Below are positions 1 to 10,350 of a DNA stretch of 32,000 bases, piece by piece (position 1 is the stretch's first letter; every line of letters starts with the position of its first letter). This stretch comes from Pyrodictium abyssi (GTDB lineage: Archaea > Thermoproteota > Thermoprotei_A > Sulfolobales > Pyrodictiaceae), in the NCBI RefSeq assembly GCF_036323395.1, contig NZ_AP028907.1:840001-872000 (forward strand). Direction: 5' to 3'. Under the pieces are notes generated by a model. The model made no database searches, was not told the origin of the DNA, and saw only the letters and a list, made by a program, of their open reading frames with translations. The position numbers and the translations under genes were made by a program.

Positions 1-4
1 GCGG

Positions 5-262
5 GTGCTGCTTATGTCTCTCCAATGGGATCCCAAGTGGGAAGAGGTAGTAATAGACGTGGAGGGTATACGCGTAAAGGCTCTCCAAGACCGTATCACA
101 AAACTAATAGCGTGCCCGATATGCGGCGTCGGTGATAGAGCTTCATACTTCTTTAGCCCCCGTGATCTCATAAACCATCTCTTTGCACATACTTCAAGAG
201 CCCAAAGGATCCAAGTCGTTGCGCCCACAACAGAACCCGAGGAGGAAGAGGAAGAGGAGTGA
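5..262 (+). CDS. small protein with a C2H2-like motif (CPICG...NHLFAH), hypothetical
   Basis: ORF track; CPxCG-x16+-HLFAH pattern, acidic C-terminus; stop overlaps start of the next gene. Start may be ATG at 14. Confidence 0.6.
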   Translation: MLLMSLQWDPKWEEVVIDVEGIRVKALQDRITKLIACPICGVGDRASYFFSPRDLINHLFAHTSRAQRIQVVAPTTEPEEEEEEE

Positions 263-1191
263 CAATGTTTGTTCTCGACGTCTTTTCCTCCCCCACATTG
301 GATATCATTAATGGTCGTCTATGCAGGGGCGGGCCCGCTTATTATGCCAGGCTGGCACTTTATGCTGTTGGTGCCTCGGACGCTAGAGTTAGGCTGCCGT
401 ACGATACGTGTATAGACGTAGAGTGGTATCTTAGGACAGAATGGTGCTTGGAGGCCGACACGTTAGCTGCTATTCCGGAGTGCGCTACAGTATTCATGCT
501 GGAGGAGAGAGATGCAGGCCGCCGGTTGAAGCCACTCAGCCTCCATAAGATAGGGCGTGAGCATCCAAAAGGCACCGCGGCACTCATATCACCTGTTCTC
601 GCCGAACTCGACATTGATAATGCTGTTAGGCTGCTAAGCCATTACAGCCTAGCCGTTTTGGATGTTCAAGGATTTAGCCGTCTCTACTATGGTGGAGAAG
701 TCGCAGTGTTTAGCGAGAACGTCCTAGCTCTTGTAGAGCGGGTTGGGGTAGCCGACAATTTCATAGCTATTAAAGCCAGTTTGGAGGATATACCGGATTT
801 CATAGCCCTGGATAGGTTGCTTAGATACAGCTCTAGCTTAGGACATACCGCTATAATGGTTACTGCTGGGCCTAGAGGCGCACTTATACTGTATAGCGAC
901 TATAGCTTCGTCATTAGGCCTCGGAGCGTGGATAGGGTTCCTACTGGCGCTGGGGACATGTTCTCGACACTAGTTCTCTATGGTGTTTGGAGAGGATATG
1001 GATTAGAACGCTCCACGCTGGGGGCCGCCGCAGCTGTGTCGTGTATACTGGAGAGGAGGGACGAGATAGCCTATGGAGGATACGGACTATGCAGAGACAG
1101 TTTTGAAGAAAGGTTCCACGCCAGTATATACCGGTTACCAGGCAGATGCTACAGCATTGACTGTGTCATCTCCGCTCTTGAGTATGGGTAG
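259..1191 (+). CDS. PfkB-family carbohydrate kinase-like protein
   Basis: C-terminal VPTGAGDMFSTLVLYG matches PfkB signature 2 (DTxGAGD-like); GTGA overlap with the preceding ORF; alternative ATG start at 265. Confidence 0.75.
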   Translation: MTMFVLDVFSSPTLDIINGRLCRGGPAYYARLALYAVGASDARVRLPYDTCIDVEWYLRTEWCLEADTLAAIPECATVFMLEERDAGRRLKPLSLHKIGREHPKGTAALISPVLAELDIDNAVRLLSHYSLAVLDVQGFSRLYYGGEVAVFSENVLALVERVGVADNFIAIKASLEDIPDFIALDRLLRYSSSLGHTAIMVTAGPRGALILYSDYSFVIRPRSVDRVPTGAGDMFSTLVLYGVWRGYGLERSTLGAAAAVSCILERRDEIAYGGYGLCRDSFEERFHASIYRLPGRCYSIDCVISALEYG

Positions 1192-1581
1192 CCCGGAAGA
1201 CCTATCACTATTGTATCCAAGAAGCGAGAGCGCTACATCAACTATTTCTTCCACCTTTAGGACGCGGCCCTCTGCTATCTCCCTACCATTTATAACCAGC
1301 ACGGGTATACTGTACGGGGTAAACACACCTACATGGGATACATCCCAGTATACCGTGTTTGGTACCACGAGGGCTTCAATACCGTACTCTTCTCTTAGAA
1401 TCTTGGCCGCCTTGCGTGCATTTTCTATAAGCTCTTCTGTGGCTGCGTCAAAAGCCCCGTATATCACTATCTCTATGTCTGCTGTGAATACAGCCTCCAT
1501 CTCGAGTGGTATACCGGCTTCGTGGGCTGCTACGGCTACCCCGACGTCTGCTGCGGCAGACACGGAGAGACCCCGGCGCAA
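1135..1581 (-). CDS. conserved hypothetical, possible thioredoxin-fold-like domain; likely true start ATG at 1500
   Basis: Long ORF; region after M28 (MEAVFTADIEIVIYGAFDAATEELIENARKAAKIL...PVLVINGREIAEGRV) looks like a compact alpha/beta domain. Convergent overlap with the kinase gene. Confidence 0.5.
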   Translation of the reverse strand: MRRGLSVSAAADVGVAVAAHEAGIPLEMEAVFTADIEIVIYGAFDAATEELIENARKAAKILREEYGIEALVVPNTVYWDVSHVGVFTPYSIPVLVINGREIAEGRVLKVEEIVDVALSLLGYNSDRSSGLPILKSGDDTVNAVASAW

Positions 1582-1759
1582 CTATTCCAACCCCTGTGGG
1601 CCACTTAAGCCGCTACAGCCTGGTAACCCGGGCCCCACCCTACCATAGAGTATAGGCTGCTAACGGGACAGGATACGGCAGAAGGCATCATTCTAATCCG
1701 GTAGTACACTTTACGTGGAGTAACACCGAATAGAGTGTAGCGAGAAACAACTACTGGGG

Positions 1760-2023
1760 GTGTACATGCCTATGAGAATGACACCGCGTTCAAGCAGGGA
1801 CTATATTGATGAGAGGCTGATGCTGGCAGCTGAGCGGGCAGCAGAGATACTTGTAGAACACATGAACGAGTGGAAGGATACTATAGATGCCTACTGGCTT
1901 CTACGCCGCTACGAGGACGAGGTTGGAGTACCGGTTACCTACGACATCGTAGAGCAGGCCGTGGAGAAGGCTCGCCGGGTGCTAGAGGCTACGGGGCAGA
2001 GTATCTCGCACGTCAAGGTCTGA
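1760..2023 (+). CDS. small hypothetical protein, helical and charged
   Basis: ORF track, protein-like composition. Confidence 0.45.
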   Translation: MYMPMRMTPRSSRDYIDERLMLAAERAAEILVEHMNEWKDTIDAYWLLRRYEDEVGVPVTYDIVEQAVEKARRVLEATGQSISHVKV

Positions 2024-2076
2024 GGCCTTCCCATAGAACATGCTGTGGAGGGGGCTCTATTTACCCCCTAGACGTT

Positions 2077-3423
2077 GTGTGGTGGACTAACTGGTGCCAG
2101 CCAGTCTTGCAAGACTATTGGGATGACAAGCTTAGTCTCCTACCAGATGAGCTTAGGGAGATACTAAGCATTACTAAGCAGCACAACCGCTGGAGGAAGT
2201 ACGAGACTATAAACCTAATCGCAAGCGAGAATACCATGAGCCCTCTAGCTACTTCTGCGTACCTATCCGACATGATGCACCGTTATGCCGAGGGTAAGCC
2301 GTTCAAGCGCTACTACCAGGGTACACGGTATGTTGACGAGATTGAAGTAAGAGTAATGAAGCTCATGGGCGAGCTCCTCCGAGCCGACTATGTGGACCCA
2401 AGGCCAGTAAGCGGCACGACCGCCAATGCATCAGTCTTCCGGGTCCTCGGCAAGTGCGGCTCCAAGGCAGTCATAGCCCCCGTTCAGGCTGGCGCACACG
2501 TAAGCCATACAAAGTTTGGCACACTCGGCGCGCTGTGTATAGAGCACATAGAGATGCCATACGACCACGAGCAAATGAACATCGACGTTGACCGCGCCAT
2601 TAAGCTGATAGAAGAGGTGAAGCCAAGCTTCGTCGTACTCGGCGCCAGTGTATACCTATTCCCGCACCCCGTAAAAGAGATAGCTGACGCGGCCCATAGT
2701 GTTGGTGCAAAGCTTGTATATGACGCAGCTCACGTGCTAGGACTCATAGCCGGTAAAAGGTGGCGTAACCCCCTGGACCACGGTGCAGACATACTAACCG
2801 CGTCAACACACAAAACGTTTCCCGGGCCCCAGGGCGGCGTAATAGCTACGCGCGATGAAGGCCTCTACAAGCCCATATCGCGTGCCGTGTTCCCGTACTT
2901 CGTCAGCAACCATCATCTACACCGCCTTCCTGCTCTAGCAGTAACCGCTGTCGAGATGAAATACTTCGGAGAGGCCTATGCAGACCAGATAATCCGTAAC
3001 GCCAAGGCGCTAGCAGAAGCGCTAGCTGCTGAGGGCTTCAAGGTGCTCGGAGAGCATTTGGGCTATACTAAGAGTCACCAGGTCGTACTCGACGTCCGCC
3101 CTCAGGGCGGCGGTGCAAAGGCAGCAAAGCTGCTCGAGGAGGCTAATATAATAGTCAATAAGAATCTATTGCCCTACGACCCGCCAGACGCTATAAAGGA
3201 TCCTAGTGGCCTAAGGCTAGGCGTGCAGGAGATGACGAGGTACGGCATGAAGGAGGACAATATGAAGGACATAGCAAGGTTCATGAGGAGGGTGCTAATT
3301 GATGGAGAGGACCCCAAGAAGGTTGCAGAGGAGGTCAAAGCGTATAGAAAGGAGTATACCAAGGTACATTACTGCTTCGATGTAGACACAATAGAGGATG
3401 GCAAGCTATACCTGCTCTACTAG
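2077..3423 (+). CDS. glyA: serine hydroxymethyltransferase
   Basis: [37 protein letters not shown] motifs. The ORF is open from 1870, but conserved protein begins near GTG 2077 (or TTG 2107). Confidence 0.95.
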   Translation: MWWTNWCQPVLQDYWDDKLSLLPDELREILSITKQHNRWRKYETINLIASENTMSPLATSAYLSDMMHRYAEGKPFKRYYQGTRYVDEIEVRVMKLMGELLRADYVDPRPVSGTTANASVFRVLGKCGSKAVIAPVQAGAHVSHTKFGTLGALCIEHIEMPYDHEQMNIDVDRAIKLIEEVKPSFVVLGASVYLFPHPVKEIADAAHSVGAKLVYDAAHVLGLIAGKRWRNPLDHGADILTASTHKTFPGPQGGVIATRDEGLYKPISRAVFPYFVSNHHLHRLPALAVTAVEMKYFGEAYADQIIRNAKALAEALAAEGFKVLGEHLGYTKSHQVVLDVRPQGGGAKAAKLLEEANIIVNKNLLPYDPPDAIKDPSGLRLGVQEMTRYGMKEDNMKDIARFMRRVLIDGEDPKKVAEEVKAYRKEYTKVHYCFDVDTIEDGKLYLLY

Positions 3424-3731
3424 CCACACATTCCAGCATACCTTTACTCTTTTATAGCTGTCACTGCACCGGCTTAGTCACTGATCCTCCATCAGCCGAT
3501 AGAATATAGCTCACTCCTCCGGACGGCTATCCAGGCATTGTAATGCTTACTAATGCTTGCACAAGCTGTCCTTCTATACGCCTACCCTAGTGATGCCCTA
3601 TAATCGTCTAGGTAGGATTGCGGGAGGCAAGTCCCCGGACCTTCATCCACGCCCCGTGCCGCGGGGCTGTCTGGGGGGCGGCGCGCGTGTTGTATACCAC
3701 CTCTCCTACAGGGGTTTTAGGGTAGCGTCCA

Positions 3732-4511
3732 GTGTACCGGCCCCATGCATGGATAGTGAATATAGGAAACGAGCTGCTCATCGGGAGAATAGCTAACACC
3801 AATGCTGCCGTAATAGCTCGAGAGCTCACGCTCATGGGCGTTATTGTAAAGCGTATAGTGGTTGTTGGGGACTATCTCGACGATATAGCCACAACTGTAC
3901 GGGAGGCTGTAGGCTCTGCCGACATAGTTGTGACGACGGGAGGCCTCGGGCCCACGGACGACGACATTACTATGGAGGCAGTAGCAGCAGCCATAAACAC
4001 GCCACTGGTCCTGAACAAAGCTGCACTGGAAATGATTGAAGCCTTCTACCGTAAGAGGGGCCTCCAGCTAACTAGAGAGCGTTTGAAAATGGCCTATCTC
4101 CCTCTGGGTGCAGAGCCTATACCTAACCCAGTAGGGGCTGCACCAGGCGCCTACATCAACTATTCGGGATCCCACATAGTGGTTCTGCCCGGCGTCCCTA
4201 GCGAGATGGAGGCTATGCTAAAGATAGCTCTCAATAGGCTAGCCCACATCCTCCCAGAGCTGTGCGTAGCTGAGGAAGGCATAACTATTGAGGGTATCCC
4301 CGAGTCGTCGCTAGCACCGTTGCTTAGAAGAGCCTCCAAGCTGTGCAGCGATTGCTACATTAAGAGCCACCCAAAGGGACACGAGGTGGAAAACCCCATT
4401 ATCGACGTGAAGGTTACGGCTTCTGCACCAGATTGCGATACTGCCAGGTCTAAGGCACTCGCCGTCCTAGACTATCTAAAGAAGCTTATACAGGGTGAAA
4501 ACAGTGCCTAG
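3732..4511 (+). CDS. CinA-like / MoCF-biosynthesis (molybdopterin-binding) domain protein
   Basis: GNELLIGRIANTNAAVIARELTLMG and TTGGLGPTDDDIT motifs; GTG start. Confidence 0.9.
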   Translation: MYRPHAWIVNIGNELLIGRIANTNAAVIARELTLMGVIVKRIVVVGDYLDDIATTVREAVGSADIVVTTGGLGPTDDDITMEAVAAAINTPLVLNKAALEMIEAFYRKRGLQLTRERLKMAYLPLGAEPIPNPVGAAPGAYINYSGSHIVVLPGVPSEMEAMLKIALNRLAHILPELCVAEEGITIEGIPESSLAPLLRRASKLCSDCYIKSHPKGHEVENPIIDVKVTASAPDCDTARSKALAVLDYLKKLIQGENSA

Positions 4512-4716
4512 ACCCAGCTCACCACTTGCAAGAGGTATGGCTGTCTTCAACGCCGTACTTGTACCGATAGCTGCCTGCTCACTTTACATGGTTTATCTCG
4601 GCGCTACAAGAGACAGCAGTCTTCTACTAGCCACGGGCACACTGCTCACCATCATATCACCGTTCCTCGCATACACCATTGCTAGGAGGATTCTAGCTAA
4701 GCTGTCTAGCGTGTAG
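4495..4716 (+). CDS. small membrane protein, two predicted transmembrane segments
   Basis: Two hydrophobic stretches; overlaps 3' end of the CinA-like gene. Confidence 0.55.
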   Translation: MKTVPRPSSPLARGMAVFNAVLVPIAACSLYMVYLGATRDSSLLLATGTLLTIISPFLAYTIARRILAKLSSV

Positions 4717-4805
4717 ACCAGCTAGGCTACCCACTGGGCGCTAAGAATATACACACTCTACTGCTAGAGCCATTAGTGAACTGGATGCTGGAGGGCTAGA
4801 TAGCC

Positions 4806-5198
4806 TTGACTAGTACACAGACTGGGAGCGGCACGGACGTCGAGAAGCTGAAGGCGAAGATAATAGACGCCCTTAGGACTGTATATGATCCGGAGATTCC
4901 CGTAAACGTGTACGATCTCGGCCTGGTATATGACATAGATATTAAGGATGGAAAGGTCAAAATAAGGCTAGGTCTGACGGCACCAGGGTGCCCTATAGCC
5001 AGCCAGATAGCCTTGATGGCTGAGGAGGCTATTCGCCAGAACGTTCCTGAGATAAAGGATGTTGAGGTAGAACTAGATCTGAAGACACCCTGGGATCCGC
5101 GGCGCGTAACACCGGAGGGCCGTAGGCTTCTCCAGGAACTGTTCGGCTACGATGTTGTCGAAGAATGGATAAAAAGGTATGAGCAGCTCCAGGGCTAG
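4806..5198 (+). CDS. MIP18/DUF59 family iron-sulfur assembly protein (SufT/PaaD-like)
   Basis: DPEIPVNVYDLGLVYDIDI...LTAPGCPIASQIALMAEEAI; TTG start. Confidence 0.88.
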   Translation: MTSTQTGSGTDVEKLKAKIIDALRTVYDPEIPVNVYDLGLVYDIDIKDGKVKIRLGLTAPGCPIASQIALMAEEAIRQNVPEIKDVEVELDLKTPWDPRRVTPEGRRLLQELFGYDVVEEWIKRYEQLQG

Positions 5199-5507
5199 AA
5201 GCTAACTTAAACAGACACTAGTTGACACAACTGCCGTCTCTAGGGCTGCCAGCCCTTAGCTCGCCAGCCTTGGGTTTATCACCCGCCTGGCATGGTTCCT
5301 CGTTCCCGGAGGCCGGGTGTGACCTACCTTTGTAGAAGGCTGGCAGCCGACGCTCTTTCAGCGTATGAGGAGGGGACCACCACAGCTGACCCGGCCTATT
5401 TCCACGGTATAGCTGTTCTTTGTTCCGCCATCAGAGCGCTGTCCAACACATAGGCTTAGTTTTATAGAGCAGTATAGCCTAGGAGTCTGTGATGGGGGTC
5501 AACAAGG

Positions 5508-6896
5508 TTGACGTGGAGCCTGCTACGGTATCTCAGAGAGAACCCAGAGATTCTCCGCAAGAGCCTGAGAAAGCGTTACATGGATCCATCACTTGTTGAC
5601 AAGCTGCGTAGCCTAGACGAGCAGTGGCGCAAGCTCAAACGGATGGTTGACGAGGTACGTCATCGCCACAACGTGATAACACGTAGCATAGCTAAAACGC
5701 GTGACCCAGAGGAGCGCAAGAAGCTGATAGAGGAGGCTAGAAGGCTGCTCAGGGAGAGAGAAAAGCTCGAAGAGGAGCTAAAGCGCGTAGAGGCTGAGCG
5801 TGAGAAGCTGCTGCTATCTCTGCCTAACATAGTGCACGAGTCCGTCCCTGAAGGAGACTCCGACGAATACAACGTACCTATAAGGTTCTGGGGACGGCCA
5901 AGAGTGTACCGGGAGTTCCTAGACACGTTCCGCGAGCAGACCGAGAAGTGGGGGTTCAAGGTAGACTACGAGCTTATCGACTGGAAGCCTGTTGGCCATG
6001 CAGACATGCTAGAGAACGTTCTCAGACTCGGCAATACTATAAAAGCTGCAGAGGTTGCTGGTTCCCGCTTCTACTACCTGTTCGACGACCTGGTATGGCT
6101 CGACTTCGCTCTGCTAATGTATGCTATAGACATACTTACCTCCAAGGGGTATAGGCTCGTGCTACCACCATACATGATACGACATAAGATACTCATGGGA
6201 GTCATCGACATGGAAACCTTCCAGGACGCCATATACAAGATTGAGGGCGAGGACCTCTACCTCATTGCCACAGCCGAGCACCCCCTAGCAGGTCTATACT
6301 ACAACGAAGAAATTATGGAGGACGAGCTACCTATAAAGCTTATAGGAATAAGTCCATGCTTCCGCAAGGAGGCTGGAGCAGGCAATAGGGACCTAAAGGG
6401 CATATTCCGCGTGCACCAGTTCCACAAAGTAGAGCAATACGTTTACGCTAAGCCGGAGGAGAGCTGGGACATACTCGAGGAGCTTATACGCAATGCTGAG
6501 GAGCTATTCCAAGGCCTCGGCCTGCCCTATAGAGTTGTAAACGTAGCCTCCGGCGAGCTAGGAGCACCCGCCGCGAAGAAGTACGACCTCGAAGTCTGGA
6601 TGCCTGCACAGGGCCGGTATCGGGAGATGGTTAGCGCGAGCAACACAACCGACTGGCAGAGCTATAGGCTTAACATAAGGCTTGTGAGGCGGAAGGGCAT
6701 GGTACGTGAGTATGTACATACACTCAACTCAACAGCTATAGCGTCTACACGCACCATTACCGCTATACTAGAGAACTTCCAGGAACCAGATGGCACAGTA
6801 GTCATACCTAAGGTTCTCCGAAAGTATCTAGAACCCTTCAGCAAAGCGCCCAAGGATGCCATACACCCTGTAAAGAAGGAGAAGGTGAACGAGTAA
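5508..6896 (+). CDS. serS: seryl-tRNA synthetase
   Basis: [21 protein letters not shown]-terminus, coiled-coil arm, class II motifs ([26 protein letters not shown]; [18 protein letters not shown]); TTG start. Confidence 0.96.
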   Translation: MTWSLLRYLRENPEILRKSLRKRYMDPSLVDKLRSLDEQWRKLKRMVDEVRHRHNVITRSIAKTRDPEERKKLIEEARRLLREREKLEEELKRVEAEREKLLLSLPNIVHESVPEGDSDEYNVPIRFWGRPRVYREFLDTFREQTEKWGFKVDYELIDWKPVGHADMLENVLRLGNTIKAAEVAGSRFYYLFDDLVWLDFALLMYAIDILTSKGYRLVLPPYMIRHKILMGVIDMETFQDAIYKIEGEDLYLIATAEHPLAGLYYNEEIMEDELPIKLIGISPCFRKEAGAGNRDLKGIFRVHQFHKVEQYVYAKPEESWDILEELIRNAEELFQGLGLPYRVVNVASGELGAPAAKKYDLEVWMPAQGRYREMVSASNTTDWQSYRLNIRLVRRKGMVREYVHTLNSTAIASTRTITAILENFQEPDGTVVIPKVLRKYLEPFSKAPKDAIHPVKKEKVNE

Positions 6897-7005
6897 ACTA
6901 TTACTCTCCACTCTTAAGCATGCAATCTAATACATTTTAAAGGCACATACATGGCTACCTCATTTAGCGTAAACATGCCCCCCACTATACTGGGTGTAAC
7001 GCTCT

Positions 7006-7266
7006 ATGGACCTTAAGCGGCGTATACTCCGCCTAGTCGAGGAGGCGCCGCAGCTGAATAAGGCCGCGTTTTATAGCGATCCCGTGGTTATGGCTCTAGT
7101 GGAGAATCTCCATGAAAGATGGCGGCGCGCTGGCTACGAGGGAGAACCGATAGACTATGCAACGCCGGAGGAGCTTGAAAGGCTTTACGAACTGGCAGAA
7201 TACTATACATCTCTTCCTCCATGGGAGGCTTACCGTATATTTAGAGAAAGGAGTAGCCTGGCCTAG
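7006..7266 (+). CDS. small hypothetical protein
   Basis: ORF track; TATA-like TTTTAAA upstream. Confidence 0.5.
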   Translation: MDLKRRILRLVEEAPQLNKAAFYSDPVVMALVENLHERWRRAGYEGEPIDYATPEELERLYELAEYYTSLPPWEAYRIFRERSSLA

Positions 7267-7347
7267 CCTCTAACCGAGCTAGTCCCCTGGGAGAGAGTGC
7301 AAATAGAGAGCCTAGATTGCACCGAGTAGTGTCCGAGGGACCCGCAG

Positions 7348-8505
7348 ATGGTTTTTGACCGCTATGCGCCAGAGAGGCTATGGAAGTTAATGAGGCCAGA
7401 CGCTGTCCATGTATGGCTGGACGAGGATGTGCGGCGAAGACTCTCGTGGTACTATGGCGTCATGGTGAACGAGCTGCCTGCAAAGTACATGATAGCGAAG
7501 TACGTTGAGGCTGAAGACAATCCATATAAGCTTGGCTACGAGGAGCTTGTCGATGTTAAAAGGAGGGCGCGAAGGCTCTTCGAGAAGCTTTTCAGAGATG
7601 CACGTGCCGGCAAGCTAACATTAGAGGTGTTTGTTAAGGAGTTTAGGGATAGGCCAAAGTACTCTCTGCTCGATATCGACGTTGCTTTAGCAAAAATGCT
7701 TGCAAATCCATGTAGGCTCTGTGAAAGACGATGCATGATTGATAGGAGTAAACGTATCGGTGCTTGTAGACTGGATTCAAGAGTCTATGTGCATAGCTGG
7801 TTTCACCACCTAGGTGAGGAGGCACCTCTAGTACCTAGCGGTACTATATTCTATGGCGGCTGCAACTTTTCATGCGTGTATTGCCAGAACTATGATATTA
7901 GCCAAACAATGCCTAGACACGGGGAAGTTGTTGATGCCAAGAGGCTAGCATGGATACAGAGGATGCTACGGCTACATGGCGCACGGAACATAAACCATGT
8001 AGGCGGCGAACCTACACCCAATTTACCCACAATAGTTGAGTCTCTACTCTATCTCGATGTAAACGTGCCACAGATTTGGAACTCAAACATGTATATGACT
8101 GTTGAGGTTATGGACATTCTTGTTGATATAATAGATCTATGGCTTCCTGACTTCAAATACGGTAACAACGATTGTGCCATGAAGTTATCGGCTGTGCCCC
8201 GCTATTTTGACGTTGTCACCCGCAACTTGAAGATAGCCGTCGAGTCCGGCGATATGATAATAAGACACTTAGTGCTGCCATCTCATGTTGAGTGTTGCAG
8301 CTTAAGAGTGCTTAGGTGGATTGCCGAGAACCTACCTCTTGATAGAGTACTCGTAAACATAATGGATCAGTATCGCCCGGAGCATCTTGTAGCCAAGTAT
8401 CCTAGGCGCTGGCCTGAACTAGTAAGGCCCGTGTATCGGGAGGAGGTCGAACGTGTCTATGCTTATGCTAGTAGGCTCGGCATCGTGTATGAGCCCGTTA
8501 GCTAG
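7348..8505 (+). CDS. PflX/PflA-like radical SAM protein (COG1313-like)
   Basis: CRLCERRCMIDRSKRIGAC N-terminal Cys motif; radical SAM CNFSCVYC; GGEPTP. Confidence 0.88.
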   Translation: MVFDRYAPERLWKLMRPDAVHVWLDEDVRRRLSWYYGVMVNELPAKYMIAKYVEAEDNPYKLGYEELVDVKRRARRLFEKLFRDARAGKLTLEVFVKEFRDRPKYSLLDIDVALAKMLANPCRLCERRCMIDRSKRIGACRLDSRVYVHSWFHHLGEEAPLVPSGTIFYGGCNFSCVYCQNYDISQTMPRHGEVVDAKRLAWIQRMLRLHGARNINHVGGEPTPNLPTIVESLLYLDVNVPQIWNSNMYMTVEVMDILVDIIDLWLPDFKYGNNDCAMKLSAVPRYFDVVTRNLKIAVESGDMIIRHLVLPSHVECCSLRVLRWIAENLPLDRVLVNIMDQYRPEHLVAKYPRRWPELVRPVYREEVERVYAYASRLGIVYEPVS

Positions 8506-8522
8506 GATGGGGCGCTGGGCCT

Positions 8523-10238
8523 ATGCCTAGGCCGCGTCGCGTGCTCATCTTAGATGGTTATACCGATGAGCCAGCAGGCTTTGGCGTACCACCATACATA
8601 GATGTTTATCCTAGATATATAGCTGGTGCCTTGTGGTACGTGGACAAGTCGATACAAGTACACTACATGACTGTGGACCAGGCAAGGGAGAACATAGGAG
8701 ACTTCATAAGGAGAGCCAATACCTACGATACCGTGATAGTGATAGCCGGCGCTGTAGTCCCAGGAAGGTATCTAGGAGGTGAACCCATAAAACTTGAAGA
8801 GCTAAGGCAGTGGTTCAGGCTTATAGACCGGCCTTTTAAGGTGCTAGTAGGTGCGGCTGCACGCTGGGGCATTGGCAACGAAGGCGGCACTGTAGCAGCT
8901 CTACCGAGAGAGGTTAAGGAGAGCTTCGACACCATAGTGACTGGCGACCCCGAGGCCTATGTGTTAGACTTTGCGCGTTTCGGTCCAGAGAGAGCCGAGC
9001 CCTGGCGCATACTTGACGACATGAAGCTACTTGGAGAGATATCCGTTAAGGGCGCCAGGATAGTTGAACAGCACCCCAACCACGGCTACAACCTCACGGC
9101 GGAAATAGAGACCTACAGGAGCTGCAGCAGATGGGTGAGTGGCGGCTGCAGTTTCTGCGTTACTAAGCTCTACGGTAGACCAAGGCAGCGCGATCCGCGA
9201 GACGTAGTTAGGGAGATAGAAGCACTTTACGTGGCTGGTGTACGCCATTTCAGAATAGGCAGACAGGCCGACATACTGGTCTATGGAAGCCCATCGCTCG
9301 GACAGGATGAATGGCCTCGGCCTAATCCTCGTGCACTCGAGCAACTGTTCTACGGTATCAGGCTTGTAGCACCCGGGTTGAAGACTCTTCATATAGACAA
9401 CGTTAACCCGGGAACCCTGGCTAGACATAAAAGAGAGAGTATAGAGGCTCTAAAGGTGATAATAAGATACCATACCCCTGGCGACGTTGCTGCACTAGGA
9501 ATAGAGACCGCCGACCCCCGAGTCGTGAAGGCTAATAACCTTAAGACTTTTCCAGAGGACTCCCTCAAGGCTATAGAGATCATCAACCGTTATGGTAGCC
9601 AGCCAGGTTATAACGGTCTTCCAGAGCTTCTGCCCGGCATAAACTTCGTACTAGGTCTTAAGAACGAGACAGCAGAGACATATAGACTTAACGAAGAATT
9701 TATAAGGACTATATATGAGCGGGGACTGCTGCTACGCCGCATCAACGTTAGAAAGGTGCTGGTGCTACCAGGAACGGCTATGGCTAGTGTTGGTACCAGG
9801 ATTATACAGAAACATAGGAACCTCGCCAAGAGGTTTCAGCGTATAGTGAACGAGTATTCAAGGCTCTTTCTAGAGCGGCTGCTCCCACGGGGTTCTATCC
9901 TAAGCTACGTTTATGTGGAGCGCTATGATGCAAAGCTTGGCGTGACTTTCGCCAGGCAGGCAGGAAGTTACCCAATAGTAGTCGAAATGCCGTGTAAAAT
10001 GAGCACACCGGGTGTAGTCAAGGTTGCTGTATACGGCTACTCTAGTAGAAGTGTTAGAGGACTGCCAATACCCCTTAACGCTAATGCCGCGGCCGTGTCT
10101 ACACTAGCCAAGCTCCTAGGCAAGAATAGAGCTACCGAGATAGCTAGGCTTAGACCATTTAGGCACGATAGTGAACTACACAAGGTATTGACCCGGAAGG
10201 AGAGAATATACCTATCGTCGAAAGGCTTTACCTGCTAG
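8523..10238 (+). CDS. radical SAM protein with degenerate C-terminal helix-hairpin-helix (COG1031-like)
   Basis: YRSCSRWVSGGCSFC cysteine cluster (C-x7-C-x2-C), C-terminal LPIPLNANAAAVSTLAKLLGKNRATEIARLRPF. Confidence 0.85.
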   Translation: MPRPRRVLILDGYTDEPAGFGVPPYIDVYPRYIAGALWYVDKSIQVHYMTVDQARENIGDFIRRANTYDTVIVIAGAVVPGRYLGGEPIKLEELRQWFRLIDRPFKVLVGAAARWGIGNEGGTVAALPREVKESFDTIVTGDPEAYVLDFARFGPERAEPWRILDDMKLLGEISVKGARIVEQHPNHGYNLTAEIETYRSCSRWVSGGCSFCVTKLYGRPRQRDPRDVVREIEALYVAGVRHFRIGRQADILVYGSPSLGQDEWPRPNPRALEQLFYGIRLVAPGLKTLHIDNVNPGTLARHKRESIEALKVIIRYHTPGDVAALGIETADPRVVKANNLKTFPEDSLKAIEIINRYGSQPGYNGLPELLPGINFVLGLKNETAETYRLNEEFIRTIYERGLLLRRINVRKVLVLPGTAMASVGTRIIQKHRNLAKRFQRIVNEYSRLFLERLLPRGSILSYVYVERYDAKLGVTFARQAGSYPIVVEMPCKMSTPGVVKVAVYGYSSRSVRGLPIPLNANAAAVSTLAKLLGKNRATEIARLRPFRHDSELHKVLTRKERIYLSSKGFTC

Positions 10239-10290
10239 TGGACCCAGGTATTGTGGCCCATACCACTGGCTGAGCTTACGCGACCAGCCG

Positions 10291-10298
10291 TTTTTATA
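10291..10298 (+). promoter_or_regulatory. TATA-box-like element upstream of the tes-like gene
   Basis: TTTTTATA 60 nt upstream of ATG 10351. Confidence 0.5.
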
Positions 10299-10350
10299 CA
10301 GCAGCTAATAGCTAATTATCTGAGGACGGGAATGTACTGGGTGCTGCACT

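Noticed and set aside
1073-1648. 191-aa plus-strand ORF
   Set aside because: Antisense to the better minus-strand ORF and overlaps the kinase 3' end; low-complexity Ser/Thr/Ala composition.
1870-2076. N-terminal extension of the glyA ORF as given in the track
   Set aside because: Sequence is not SHMT-like and overlaps the out-of-frame small ORF 1760-2023; likely just open frame.
5311-5396. tRNA interpretation of the 86-nt stem-closed segment
   Set aside because: Length and closing stem fit a class II tRNA, but there is no T-arm GGTTCRA-type sequence and no anticodon arm.
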